From Candidatus Cryptobacteroides sp. (GTDB lineage: Bacteria > Bacteroidota > Bacteroidia > Bacteroidales > UBA932): a stretch of DNA of 64,000 nucleotides. The notes under the pieces are model-generated. The model was not told the DNA's origin. It worked only from the letters and a program-made list of their open reading frames with translations, and made no database searches. Shown in pieces: positions 30,039-40,030 of the stretch. The stretch is taken from positions 2,611-66,610 of the forward strand of contig JAZKYT010000018.1 in NCBI GenBank assembly GCA_045612265.1, read 5' to 3'. Both the position numbers and the translations under genes were made by a program. The stretch's first letter is position 1. Each line of letters begins with the position of its first letter.

Positions 30039-31811
30039 TTAAAAGTTATACACATAAGTTGCACGGACGTCAACATCCACAGCTGGCTGAAGAAGGTTCG
30101 GATTGAACACCACATCCTCCTGCGGGAATGGAAGAGTGAATACAGAAGCTGTTACGTTAGGTGCAGGTGTAGTATTGTTATAATATGTTACTGAAGGATC
30201 CGGATTCCACTCACAAGCGGAGTAATCCATCTTGCCGGCAGCATTCAGAGTTGCTCCCTCAAAATAATCCAAGCAAGCAGCGTCATATGAGTACACCTCA
30301 TTTCTCTGCTGTGCTTTAAGCTCTGCAATTGTTGCGTCCATCTCATAGTATGAGCGACGTACGAAGTCGTACCAATAGTCTCCCTCTCCTGCGAGCTCAA
30401 GACGACGCTCTTTCCAGATATCCTTGATAGTCACACCCTTAAGAGCCTCAGCACCAGCGCGCTCACGAATCTTGTTCACATATGCAAGTGCCTCTGCATC
30501 ATTTCCAGTAAGGAACGAAGCTTCAGCATAAACAAGATATACATCGCCAAGACGAAGGATATGAGTTGGGAGTTGGTAGCACATATTACCCGGTGTCAGA
30601 CCTGTCTCAGCTTCGTGGTCTGCAGTGTTTCCGTAAAGATGCTTGCAGTTCTGTCCGCCGCAAGGACCCTGGAAAACATCCGGACCACCCTTGCCATACT
30701 CATCGTCATAGATATAACGGAGAAGGTCGAAACCGCCCTTGTCACGCCAGAAATACTCATACTCGTCTCCAGCCATCATGATTGTAGACTTGCGGCGAGT
30801 GTCTTTTTCACTGCTTGCTCGTTCACGAGGGTCAACCAAAGGATCTGCTCCAAAAGCCATCATCAAATCATATGAAGGACCACCCCAACCTCCCCAGAGG
30901 TCACCGGTCTCTGAAAAGCCCTCACCCATAAGGTCAGACTGAAGAGTGTTCTGCTGAGTCCAAGGGTCACGACCTGCAGCCCAGAGCCATGAAATCATTG
31001 GTTCACCTGTCTGGTTGTAAGTTGCAGGAGCAAGGCGGAAGATGTCAGAGAACTTAGGAGTCAGTGTTCGACCTGAGTTGTCGATCACATCCTTAGCATA
31101 CTGAGCAGCCTTGGTAAGATCATCGCTGTTAAGTGTGCCTGTTACACCAGCCTTTGTAAGATATGTCTTTGCGAGAAGTCCCTCTGCAGCATAATAGTCG
31201 ATACGTCCGTCCCAGCCTGAAGTCTTCTTAGGAAGGAGCTCCATCGCCTTCTCGAGAGTGAGGATGATATACTCGTAAACATTCTCTTTAGTCACCTTGT
31301 TGACATCGTTGTACTTACCTGAAGTAAGGACCTCGTTATTATCATGAATGATAGGAACCTCACCGAAAGTACGTACCATGAAGAAGTATGCAAGAGCCTT
31401 GAGGGTCAAAGCCTCACCGATGCACTGGTTCTTGACTTCCTGAGAAGGGCCCTCAGAGTTCAGTATGTTCATGATTACAGTGTTGGCATGACCATTTACA
31501 GCCCAAAGCGAGTATGACATGTACACAAGGTCAGTATCAGTACTGTTGGTTGTGAATGTCAGATATGGAGAAGATCCCCAATACATGTTTCCTGACATAA
31601 CTTCACCGATCTTGATGAAGGCACGCTGGAAATCATACCAAGGAGAGTTGTAAAGGTAGTTTACACCTTGGATACACTGGGCGTCATTCTGGTAGAAATT
31701 ATCTGTGTTGTAGTTGTCTTCACCTGGACGGTTAAGAAACTCCTGGCAAGAGCAGAAGCTCAATGCAAGCACTCCTACCACTACACCTTTGATTATATTA
31801 TTAAGTTTCAT
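30039..31811 (-). CDS. susD: SusD/RagB family glycan-binding lipoprotein
   Basis: GEAL.LKALAYF.MVRTFGEVP, LLAKTYLT, LRLGDVYL.YAEA, ERRLELAGEG..WYD. Confidence 0.95.
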   Translation of the reverse strand: MKLNNIIKGVVVGVLALSFCSCQEFLNRPGEDNYNTDNFYQNDAQCIQGVNYLYNSPWYDFQRAFIKIGEVMSGNMYWGSSPYLTFTTNSTDTDLVYMSYSLWAVNGHANTVIMNILNSEGPSQEVKNQCIGEALTLKALAYFFMVRTFGEVPIIHDNNEVLTSGKYNDVNKVTKENVYEYIILTLEKAMELLPKKTSGWDGRIDYYAAEGLLAKTYLTKAGVTGTLNSDDLTKAAQYAKDVIDNSGRTLTPKFSDIFRLAPATYNQTGEPMISWLWAAGRDPWTQQNTLQSDLMGEGFSETGDLWGGWGGPSYDLMMAFGADPLVDPRERASSEKDTRRKSTIMMAGDEYEYFWRDKGGFDLLRYIYDDEYGKGGPDVFQGPCGGQNCKHLYGNTADHEAETGLTPGNMCYQLPTHILRLGDVYLVYAEASFLTGNDAEALAYVNKIRERAGAEALKGVTIKDIWKERRLELAGEGDYWYDFVRRSYYEMDATIAELKAQQRNEVYSYDAACLDYFEGATLNAAGKMDYSACEWNPDPSVTYYNNTTPAPNVTASVFTLPFPQEDVVFNPNLLQPAVDVDVRATYVYNF

Positions 31812-31829
31812 AATGTTCCTGATTTAATG

Positions 31830-34800
31830 TTAGAAAGTAATGTTCAGGCCAAATGAATAAGTTGTAGGAGTAGGATAACGACCGTTGTCCAAACCATAAG
31901 TAAGTCCGGTAGCATCCTGTGTTGAAGCTCCCACCTCAGGATCATAACCTGTGTACTTTGTGAAAGTATAAAGGTTCTGGATGTTGGCGTAGAGACGAAG
32001 GTTATCTATCTTAGCCTTGCTTATCCATTTCTTAGGGAAGGTATATCCGAGAGCGATATTCTTTATACGGATATATGAACCATCCTCCACAAAGCGGCTG
32101 CTGATACGGTCATTGTCGTTAGGGTCTGACAATGTAGGACGTGGAGTCTTTGTATCGCTGTTAGCAACCCTGACGTTTGTGATATCATTAAACCAGAGTT
32201 CATCCTGAGCAGCCTTTTCGGCATCGATAGGAACGAGCTGAGCATGATTCGCAGTAGCAGTCTTATTCTGGTTCACCCAAGCAGATCTCATTGTACCGAT
32301 ACCACCGGAACCTCCAGAAAGAAGAGTATAGTTCATCACCTTGTTGCCATAAGAACCGTTAATGAAGATATTGAGATCGAAGTTCTTATAACGGAAAGTG
32401 TTGTTCCATCCGAATGTGAACTTAGGAAGCGGGCTACCGAGATCGGTACGGTCCTTTGTGTCAATCACGCCGTCACCTGCATCAGGAATTCCATCACCAT
32501 CTGTATCCTCAGTGAGCTGATCCTTGAACTTAAGGTCACCTACCCACACTGTGTTCGAGCGGTTGAACACGCCGTCAGCAGGGAATTTCTCTGCCTTTGG
32601 TGAATTCATGATATCCTCAAGAGACTCATAAACACCGACAACCTCATAACCATAGAAGTTATAAAGAGACTTGCCGACCTCTGAAACGCAGACAACGTCG
32701 CTCCACTGGCCATAACCTACAAGGTTGGCATTCTCAGTACCAGAGAGAGAGAGCAGCTTATTGCGGTTGATTGAAACCTGAAGATTTGAATCCCACTGGA
32801 ATTCACCTACGAACGGATGTACATCGAGAGTAATCTCAAGACCCTTGTTCTCAATGCTACCGTAGTTACCCTTTGGTGCTTCAAGCTTTGATGATCCATT
32901 ACCCTGAGTACCCATATAAGATGGGAGCTGCATAGACATGAGCATGTCATCAGATCTCTTATAATATGCATCGACAGTAAGATTGAGTCTATCCTCAAAG
33001 AATCCGAGATCGAGACCGAGGTTATACTGTTCCTGCTTTTCCCATCTGATTGCTGTGTTTGCGATGTTTGCAGGACGATATCCCATACCAAGAGCAGAAG
33101 GCATACGGCTGATTGATGATCCCCATGCATAGCCACCGATGTTCGAGTTACCTGTCTGACCCCAACCAAGACGGAGTTTACCGTTGCTGAGCCACTCGAC
33201 ATCCTTAAGGAAGGACTCGTTATTGAATCTCCACGATCCTGCAAGTGAGTGGAAGCCAGCCCAACGGTTATCAGGACCGAAGTTTGAAGATCCGTCGTAA
33301 CGGTATGTATATGTCAGATAGTATCTATTGTCATAGTTATAATTTTCACGAGTGAAGAACGAAGCCATTGATGCGCTGCCGAAACCAGCACCGATCTTAG
33401 GGTCTCCTGCTCCGAGAGCTGGATTGTGTACATCATCAGACGGAAGCTTCGTATTGAACGTACTTGCGTACTCCCAGCTTGATTCCCAGGCCTCCTGACC
33501 AACCATAGCTGTCAAGTTGTGCTTTCCCCAGGTATTTGAATAAGTCAAGTAGTTCTTGATCTGCCAGAAGAGGTTGCGGTTGTACTGGATGCTGCTCTCG
33601 TTTGTTCCGCGCACCCAGCCACCGAGATCCACCATCGGTTTGTAACGCTCACCCTTGCTGTTGCTGATGTCGAAACCGACCTCAGTATGCCAAGTAAGGT
33701 TCTTGACAGGAGTGATGTCTGCGAAGATGTTTCCATTGAGTTTCTGACGATTGAGGAGAATATCATCCATCATTGCAAGAGCAACCGGATTAGGATTGGT
33801 AAAGCCCTCGCGTGAAGTAGATGAATAATTACCGTTTACGTCATAGATAGGAATATCTGGAAGAGTTGTGAGGGAGTAGTTGATAAGACCCTGCTCAGAG
33901 TCAGCAAGTTTAAGGTCATCATTAGTGTTTGTGAAAGATACGTTAACACCCATCTTCATCCACTTCTTAACCTGAGCATCGATATTTGAGCGAACGCTGA
34001 AACGATCGAAGTTAGAACCGATGATTGTTCCTTCCTGATCCATATAAGATCCAGACACATAGTACTGTACCTTATCTGTACCACCTGCAACAGAAAGCTG
34101 ATGCTGCTGCTGAAGAGCTGTCTGGAAAATAGCGTCCTGCCAGTTTGTTCCGACACCAAGAATCGAAGGATCCGAATAAAGGAGATCAGGGTCACCGATT
34201 TCACCGATTCTTGTCATCTCATTATAGAACTCAGCATATTCACGCAAGTTCATCATATCGAGTCTGCGTGTCTGCTGTGAGAGTGCCAACATTCCATCAT
34301 AGCTGATTTTTGCATCGCCGGCCTTACCACGCTTGGTAGTAATGAGAACGACACCGTTTGCACCCTGTGCACCGTAGATCGCTGTTGCAGAAGCATCCTT
34401 GAGGATCTCCATGCTGACGATGTCGGCAGGGTTGATGGTAGAAAGTGGAGAAATTGTCGAAACCTTACCGTTTCCAAGGGCATCACCAAGACCGAATGAC
34501 GCTCCGGAATTTCCGCCACCCTGAACGATGACACCGTCAATCACATAGAGAGGCTCTGCGTTAGCATTGATAGTAGCCTGTCCACGTACACGGATTGATG
34601 ATGAAGAACCAGGAGCACCTGAAGTCTGAACAGCGGTCACACCGGCTGCACGACCCTGGAGAGTCTGGTCGAGTGATGTTACGATCGAACCCTTGAGGGA
34701 CTCTTCTGTCATAGAAACTGAAGCACCCGAGAGGTCGCTTCTCTTCATTGTACCGTAACCGACAACGACAACCTCATCGAGGAGCTGTCGGTCTTCCTGA

Positions 34801-35075
34801 AGTTTGGCGCTGTAGCTGTCCTGGCTGCCGACTACGATTTCGACATCCTTGTAGCCAATGGAAGTAATCACCAATGTAGCTCCTTGAGGAACGTTGATGC
34901 TATACTTACCATCCAAATCAGTAATGACACCATTCTGTGTGCCCTTTTCAATGACGCTGGCTCCGACTACAGGTCCCAAATCATCAGTGATTGTTCCACT
35001 GACACTCTTAGTCTGTGCCATGAGCGAGACACTCATAATGAGCAGCGTCAAGCAAGTAAATAGTTTACTTTTCAT
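31830..35075 (-). CDS. susC: SusC/RagA TonB-dependent transporter
   Basis: LDEVVVVGYG, PLYVIDG, ILKDASATAIYGAQGANGVVLITTKRG, C-terminal FGLNITF. Confidence 0.97.
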   Translation of the reverse strand: MKSKLFTCLTLLIMSVSLMAQTKSVSGTITDDLGPVVGASVIEKGTQNGVITDLDGKYSINVPQGATLVITSIGYKDVEIVVGSQDSYSAKLQEDRQLLDEVVVVGYGTMKRSDLSGASVSMTEESLKGSIVTSLDQTLQGRAAGVTAVQTSGAPGSSSSIRVRGQATINANAEPLYVIDGVIVQGGGNSGASFGLGDALGNGKVSTISPLSTINPADIVSMEILKDASATAIYGAQGANGVVLITTKRGKAGDAKISYDGMLALSQQTRRLDMMNLREYAEFYNEMTRIGEIGDPDLLYSDPSILGVGTNWQDAIFQTALQQQHQLSVAGGTDKVQYYVSGSYMDQEGTIIGSNFDRFSVRSNIDAQVKKWMKMGVNVSFTNTNDDLKLADSEQGLINYSLTTLPDIPIYDVNGNYSSTSREGFTNPNPVALAMMDDILLNRQKLNGNIFADITPVKNLTWHTEVGFDISNSKGERYKPMVDLGGWVRGTNESSIQYNRNLFWQIKNYLTYSNTWGKHNLTAMVGQEAWESSWEYASTFNTKLPSDDVHNPALGAGDPKIGAGFGSASMASFFTRENYNYDNRYYLTYTYRYDGSSNFGPDNRWAGFHSLAGSWRFNNESFLKDVEWLSNGKLRLGWGQTGNSNIGGYAWGSSISRMPSALGMGYRPANIANTAIRWEKQEQYNLGLDLGFFEDRLNLTVDAYYKRSDDMLMSMQLPSYMGTQGNGSSKLEAPKGNYGSIENKGLEITLDVHPFVGEFQWDSNLQVSINRNKLLSLSGTENANLVGYGQWSDVVCVSEVGKSLYNFYGYEVVGVYESLEDIMNSPKAEKFPADGVFNRSNTVWVGDLKFKDQLTEDTDGDGIPDAGDGVIDTKDRTDLGSPLPKFTFGWNNTFRYKNFDLNIFINGSYGNKVMNYTLLSGGSGGIGTMRSAWVNQNKTATANHAQLVPIDAEKAAQDELWFNDITNVRVANSDTKTPRPTLSDPNDNDRISSRFVEDGSYIRIKNIALGYTFPKKWISKAKIDNLRLYANIQNLYTFTKYTGYDPEVGASTQDATGLTYGLDNGRYPTPTTYSFGLNITF

Positions 35076-35131
35076 GTTACATGATTTTAGTGTGATTAAT
35101 TAAGTATAATGGCTGTTATATTTATTTCGTG

Positions 35132-37630
35132 TTAGTTATGTGCGGTTGAAGCTTGTCTGAACCAGTTTTCCACCTCCTGCGGCCAGCTCTCCTCTCTCCA
35201 CACATCGTGTCCTCTGTATGGATAGCATATCCAGCGCTTAGGAGCCTTGATCATATTATATCCGGCAAAATTAGTATGAGGAGGGCATGTCACATCCTGA
35301 AGTCCAAAGCCCATCAGCACCGGACACTGAATGCGGTCCGTAAAGTTCTTTACGTCAAAATAGCTGAGAGTATTGTATAGTTCCTCATCGCAGATCCCCT
35401 TCTGCTGAGCAGCCTCAAGAATCCAGTTGCCTGGCCATTCGACGATCTGGAAATAGTCCTTGTAATCACTGAGGAACGGGACTGAAGGAGTGATGGCATC
35501 GATGCGCGAATCGAGAGATGCCGCAACCAGTGTAATGGCTCCTCCCTGACTTCCTCCCTCAGCATATAATCTGTCCTGATCCACCTTTGGACGCGAGCAT
35601 ACGAAATCAATGGCTCTTACCGCATCTGCAAATACACCTCTATAATAGTATGTTTCCTTGGACTCAAGACCTCTTGTGCACCAGAGATTATCCTCGCCAG
35701 GTTTGCGGTTGAGACACTGGTTGCGGTTGCAGAGGATAAACTGAACTCTTTCTGGGGCATCGGATGGATTTGGGTACCAGATTTCAGCACCGTATCCCAT
35801 ATAATGAACAACGGTTTCGTAGCAGCCCTCAGCCACGGGTTCCACAAGGATACCGCAGGTTGGCTCACCACCGAAACCGGTCATATCGACTCTATATGTT
35901 CTACGCACGTCGTCAGAGTATTCTTTCAAGAGAGTAAGTCTGTATTCAGGATCTGTCGCACGAAGTTCTGTCAAGGTCTGGGCCCAGAACTCATCGAAAT
36001 CCTCCTGCTTGTCCTGAGGAGACTGAATCTTCTCGGGCTCAAAGCCGATGTTTGTTCTGGCAAGCTCTCGTCTTGTCCCATCCTGATCCACCATCTCGAG
36101 CACCGCCTCATAGAAACCTGGAACAAGTTTCAGGTCATATTCAAGTCCGGTTTCTCCTGCTGCGAGGTTAACCTTCTTCACATATTTTTTTACAGGGACC
36201 TTCATATCTGTGTTGAGGGTCATGACTACCTGCACCTTCATATCCTGACGGGAGTTGACTTTTGCCTTGAGAATCTGCGGCGCACCTTCAAAATACAGGC
36301 CACTATTTTCAAGACAGAAACGGGCAGTCGGTTTCTGAGCCTCCTGCATCTGCTCAGCCGCATTGCGGATGATTGCGATTGTCGTTTCGTCAGAAGCATA
36401 TACAGAATTCAGTCCCTGCTGCTCCTGTGCCGGATCGCCACAATAGTCATCACCTGGCTGCCAATAAATATTGGTTGCAGACTGCTCAGCGAATCCGCCC
36501 CAGCTCCAGAAATTCAATCCTGCAAACAATCCACCCTCATTTGCAGACTGTACGATTCTCTGCAGCACGTGCTCATAGTATGTGTCTCTGCAGGTTGTAG
36601 GAGTTCCTTTGGCAAACAGGAAGCTGTCACGAGGGAAACCGAACTCCTCAAGCACAACAGGCTTGCCGTGTCTTGCCGCAATCTCCAGATGAGCATCGAT
36701 ATATGCATCAGTATTGGATATAGCCTTATCGAGATTGGTTGCAAGAGTCTTTTCGCGAACCCAGCTCCAGTTGTACGGCCAGATATGGATATTCATGTAA
36801 TCGATGTCCGGACATGAGTGGATCTTTTCAAAGAGGTCGAAGTTCTGCTCGCAGCCGTGGTAGCCCTCACTTCCAGACGAAACCATATGATTAGGGTCGA
36901 TTGACTTGATCAGCGCCGCTGTTTCCCACATCCAATCCGCAAACATCTGCTGGTTCACAGGATCGTGAGAGAAACATCTTGGCTCATTGCCGATCTGCCA
37001 AGAGAAGATGGCCGGATCATCCTTGTACGGCTTTCCTGTCACCGTGTTGGTTCTTGAGACCACGTGCTTGACGTGATTTGCAAACAGCTCCTTTGCCTTG
37101 TCGCTGGTGATGAATCGTGAAACTGACTTGATATATTCCTGATATCCCACCACAGATGGAAGGACAGCTTCACCTTCGCCTGCCCACTCAAGGTACATTC
37201 CATAACCTCCCGACCATTCCCAGGAATTATTAATATAAAGTACAGCCTTCATATCTCTCTTGCCAAGCTCTGCAAGAAGATAGTCAAGACCCCAGAAAAT
37301 GGTGTCGTTATATACGCCGGGGGCCTTCTGAAGAGTCGGACATATACGCTGCTGAACGCCATCCGGACCATCACCGCCCACCAAGACGCGGAGATTGACC
37401 ATTCCATTCTCCTTAAGGAAGTCTAGTTCCTTCGCAAGACGCTCACGATCCCCCCCCTGGCCTTCACTGCCAAGGATTGCTCCATACCAGAAGTTGGTAC
37501 CTGCAAAATATGACGGATAATTATCCGAAACAAACTTTCCATCCTCAACCTTAACGAAGGAAGGGGCGGAAGTGTGACAAGAAGACAGCAATAACAAGAA
37601 TGCCATTGCCCAAAAACATAGTTTTTTCAT
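35132..37630 (-). CDS. Bifunctional GH5_7 beta-mannanase / CE7 acetylesterase fusion, lipoprotein
   Basis: N-term GTNFWYG, NSWEWSGG, WQIGNEPR, LEEFG; C-term DFDEFW, GGSQGG, LSYFD..NF, QDVTCPP, GHD. Confidence 0.88.
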   Translation of the reverse strand: MKKLCFWAMAFLLLLSSCHTSAPSFVKVEDGKFVSDNYPSYFAGTNFWYGAILGSEGQGGDRERLAKELDFLKENGMVNLRVLVGGDGPDGVQQRICPTLQKAPGVYNDTIFWGLDYLLAELGKRDMKAVLYINNSWEWSGGYGMYLEWAGEGEAVLPSVVGYQEYIKSVSRFITSDKAKELFANHVKHVVSRTNTVTGKPYKDDPAIFSWQIGNEPRCFSHDPVNQQMFADWMWETAALIKSIDPNHMVSSGSEGYHGCEQNFDLFEKIHSCPDIDYMNIHIWPYNWSWVREKTLATNLDKAISNTDAYIDAHLEIAARHGKPVVLEEFGFPRDSFLFAKGTPTTCRDTYYEHVLQRIVQSANEGGLFAGLNFWSWGGFAEQSATNIYWQPGDDYCGDPAQEQQGLNSVYASDETTIAIIRNAAEQMQEAQKPTARFCLENSGLYFEGAPQILKAKVNSRQDMKVQVVMTLNTDMKVPVKKYVKKVNLAAGETGLEYDLKLVPGFYEAVLEMVDQDGTRRELARTNIGFEPEKIQSPQDKQEDFDEFWAQTLTELRATDPEYRLTLLKEYSDDVRRTYRVDMTGFGGEPTCGILVEPVAEGCYETVVHYMGYGAEIWYPNPSDAPERVQFILCNRNQCLNRKPGEDNLWCTRGLESKETYYYRGVFADAVRAIDFVCSRPKVDQDRLYAEGGSQGGAITLVAASLDSRIDAITPSVPFLSDYKDYFQIVEWPGNWILEAAQQKGICDEELYNTLSYFDVKNFTDRIQCPVLMGFGLQDVTCPPHTNFAGYNMIKAPKRWICYPYRGHDVWREESWPQEVENWFRQASTAHN

Positions 37631-37659
37631 CTGTATAGCGCTATAATTATGTGGTATTG

Positions 37660-37667
37660 CAAAATTA
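37660..37667 (-). promoter_or_regulatory. -7 promoter (TAATTTTG) of the main PUL operon
   Basis: TAnnTTTG on minus strand about 30 nt upstream of the GH5_7-CE7 start. Confidence 0.65.
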
Positions 37668-37689
37668 CCAAATGACTATCGGCTAAACA

Positions 37690-37711
37690 AATACAATTTT
37701 ATCTATTTATA
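37690..37711. promoter_or_regulatory. Candidate AraC operator, copy 1
   Basis: AATACAATTTTATCTATTTATA; 20/22 identical to 38652-38673. Confidence 0.5.
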
Positions 37712-37718
37712 GTATAAA

Positions 37719-38606
37719 TTAAACAATAATATTATTTTTTCTGAACATCGCTCTGAATTCACGCGGGGTATAGTTGCGCTTAGCCTTGAACGTTCGATTG
37801 AAATTCGAGAGGTTGTTGAAGCCACACTCATAGCATATTTCCGAGATGTTCTTCTCGGAATCGACAAGCATCCTGGCAGCATATCCGAGACGGATATCCA
37901 CGATATATTCCGACAGCGTACGGCTCGTCCTCTGATGAAAGAAACGGCTGAACGAGACAGGACTCATACCCACAAGATCAGCCATCTGCGAGAGCGACAA
38001 AGGCTCCGCATAATGCTCATCGATATACTGCTTTACCTTCTGCACTCGCCTGCTTTCCTCGGTGCCTCCATGCCTTGCAAACGAGCTTGATGCAAGCACC
38101 CTGGCACCTTTCGAAACAGACAGTTCATACAAAATGTAAAGGAATTTTAAGAATTGCATAAATCTCTCACCTTCAGACGTTTCCAGAGCCAGTTTATCCA
38201 ACACGTGATATACTTTCATAATGGTATCCATCGGGAAAGATATGCCATATTGGGCATTGTCAAGCATCCTTCTGATTGAGGCAAACTGATTCTTTGAAAG
38301 CATCTCTCCCTCGAACAGATTCTGGGAGAACTGTATGGTGATCTCCCTGATGTCCGAGGATGCGCAGGAGCCTTGCTCCCAAACGTGCTCAAGTCCTCCG
38401 GATCCCACCAGAACCAGATCATATTCGCCGATTTCCTCGACACTGTCGCCAACAATCCTCCTTACCCCTTGTGCGTGCTCCACAAAGTTAAGTTCAAACT
38501 CCTCGTGCTTGTGGAGAGGATAGTCAAACTTTGTCTTATGACGCTCTACAATATGGAAACAATCCTTTTCTGACAGTTTGCAGATTTCCGTGAAAACTTT
38601 GCTCAT
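37719..38606 (-). CDS. AraC family transcriptional regulator (cupin + HTH)
   Basis: YPLHKHEEFELNF cupin; ISEICYECGFNNLSNFNR.FK HTH; start moved to MSKVF because a -7 box (38627-38634) overlaps the longer start. Confidence 0.93.
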   Translation of the reverse strand: MSKVFTEICKLSEKDCFHIVERHKTKFDYPLHKHEEFELNFVEHAQGVRRIVGDSVEEIGEYDLVLVGSGGLEHVWEQGSCASSDIREITIQFSQNLFEGEMLSKNQFASIRRMLDNAQYGISFPMDTIMKVYHVLDKLALETSEGERFMQFLKFLYILYELSVSKGARVLASSSFARHGGTEESRRVQKVKQYIDEHYAEPLSLSQMADLVGMSPVSFSRFFHQRTSRTLSEYIVDIRLGYAARMLVDSEKNISEICYECGFNNLSNFNRTFKAKRNYTPREFRAMFRKNNIIV

Positions 38607-38651
38607 CCGATATAAATTTAGCGACACAAAAATACTAAAAATATTAATACT

Positions 38652-38673
38652 AATACTATTTTAACTATTTATA
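38652..38673. promoter_or_regulatory. Candidate AraC operator, copy 2 (araC/epimerase divergent region)
   Basis: AATACTATTTTAACTATTTATA between -7 boxes at 38627-38634 (-) and 38716-38723 (+). Confidence 0.5.
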
Positions 38674-38742
38674 CATAAAAATCGCAAGAAAACCTTTAGA
38701 AAGGATTTATCTACTTATATTTGTGGAAAAGAGAAAAACACT

Positions 38743-39978
38743 ATGAATCACAGCCAAAAGACACCAGCTGAAATTTTCGCATCCAAGGCCCTTGCATCAC
38801 AGATGCGTAGGGAACTGACAGGAAACATACTTCCATATTGGATGGAGAAAATGACCAATCCTTCAGGAGGATTTCACGGCAGGATTGACGGCAGAGAGCA
38901 CCTCGACACACAGGCTCCTGTGGGAGGTATAATGACTGCTCGTGTGCTCTGGACCTTTGCTTCAGCATACCGTGTTCTCAGCGCCTCTACAACCACTTCT
39001 GCAGCTGATCTCGAGGGTTATCTCCAGATGGCCATGCGCGCAAAAAAGCTTCTGTTGGATTCATTTGTCGACCCTGAATTCGGCGGAACCTATTGGTCAT
39101 TGACTGCCGACTTCAAGCCCCTTGACACTAAAAAGCAGATCTATGCAATCGCTTTTACAATTTATGGACTTGCTGAACTCTATCGTGCCTGCGGAGATCT
39201 TGAAGCTCTTGAGGCTGCCATAAACCTTTTCAATTCCATCGAGGAGCATAGCTATGATCCTGTTGGCGGAGGATATTTCGAGGCGTTCACACGTTCTTGG
39301 GAACCGATCGAGGACATGCGTCTGAGCGACAAGGATGCCAATGAAAGCAAGACCATGAACACACACCTTCATGTGCTTGAGGCATATACATGCCTATACC
39401 GTGTATGGAAGGATAACCTGCTTGAGGAGAGACTCCGCAACTTGATTGAAGTCTTTGAAAATCATATACTTGGAACAGATGGTCACCTCAAGTTGTTCTT
39501 TGATGATTCATGGAAATGTGGATATGACATCGTTTCCTATGGACACGACATAGAGGCTTCCTGGCTGATCCATGAAGCAGCTCTTGTGCTGGGAGACGCG
39601 GCTGTACTTGACCGTATCGAAAAACTTGTTCCTTCTATCGTTGAAGCAGCTGCCGAAGGTTTCACTCCATCAGATGGACTTATATATGAAAAATCTTCCG
39701 AGGAAGTGGACCGCGACCGCCACTGGTGGGTACAGGCCGAAGCCGTGGTGGGATTCTTCAACCTCTGGGATCATTTCGGAGTGCAGTCCGGACTCGAAAA
39801 TGCCCTCGTTTCATGGGAGTTCATCAAATCATCCCTCATAGACTGCGAGAACGGCGAATGGTTCTGGAGCGTACGCGCAGACGGAACTGTCAACCGCGAT
39901 GACGACAAGGCCGGCTTCTGGAAATGTCCGTACCACAACGGACGTATGTGTATGGAGATCATTGAACGTACACGATAA
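38743..39978 (+). CDS. Cellobiose/mannobiose 2-epimerase (AGE family)
   Basis: ARVLWTF, KQIYA.AF.IYGL, KTMNTHLHVLEAY, SYGHDIEASWL, WWVQAE, WKCPYHNGR. Confidence 0.93.
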   Translation: MNHSQKTPAEIFASKALASQMRRELTGNILPYWMEKMTNPSGGFHGRIDGREHLDTQAPVGGIMTARVLWTFASAYRVLSASTTTSAADLEGYLQMAMRAKKLLLDSFVDPEFGGTYWSLTADFKPLDTKKQIYAIAFTIYGLAELYRACGDLEALEAAINLFNSIEEHSYDPVGGGYFEAFTRSWEPIEDMRLSDKDANESKTMNTHLHVLEAYTCLYRVWKDNLLEERLRNLIEVFENHILGTDGHLKLFFDDSWKCGYDIVSYGHDIEASWLIHEAALVLGDAAVLDRIEKLVPSIVEAAAEGFTPSDGLIYEKSSEEVDRDRHWWVQAEAVVGFFNLWDHFGVQSGLENALVSWEFIKSSLIDCENGEWFWSVRADGTVNRDDDKAGFWKCPYHNGRMCMEIIERTR

Positions 39979-40018
39979 TTATTTTAGGGGAATATCAGAG
40001 AAGTATCATAAATATACT

Positions 40019-40026
40019 TATATTTG
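40019..40026 (+). promoter_or_regulatory. -7 promoter (TATATTTG) of accessory cassette
   Basis: TAnnTTTG; predicts a transcript start near 40031 and a ~220-nt leader. Confidence 0.65.
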
Positions 40027-40030
40027 CATA

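Noticed and set aside
32460-32520. DTDGDGIPDAGDGVID repeat-like segment in SusC
   Set aside because: Variant of the common SusC DxDGDG loop motif
35804-36817. 337-aa ORF antisense to GH5_7-CE7 (likewise 14525-15313, 21262-22041, 44706-45353, 55783-56559)
   Set aside because: Shadow ORFs fully overlapping well-supported genes; no motifs; explained by codon bias
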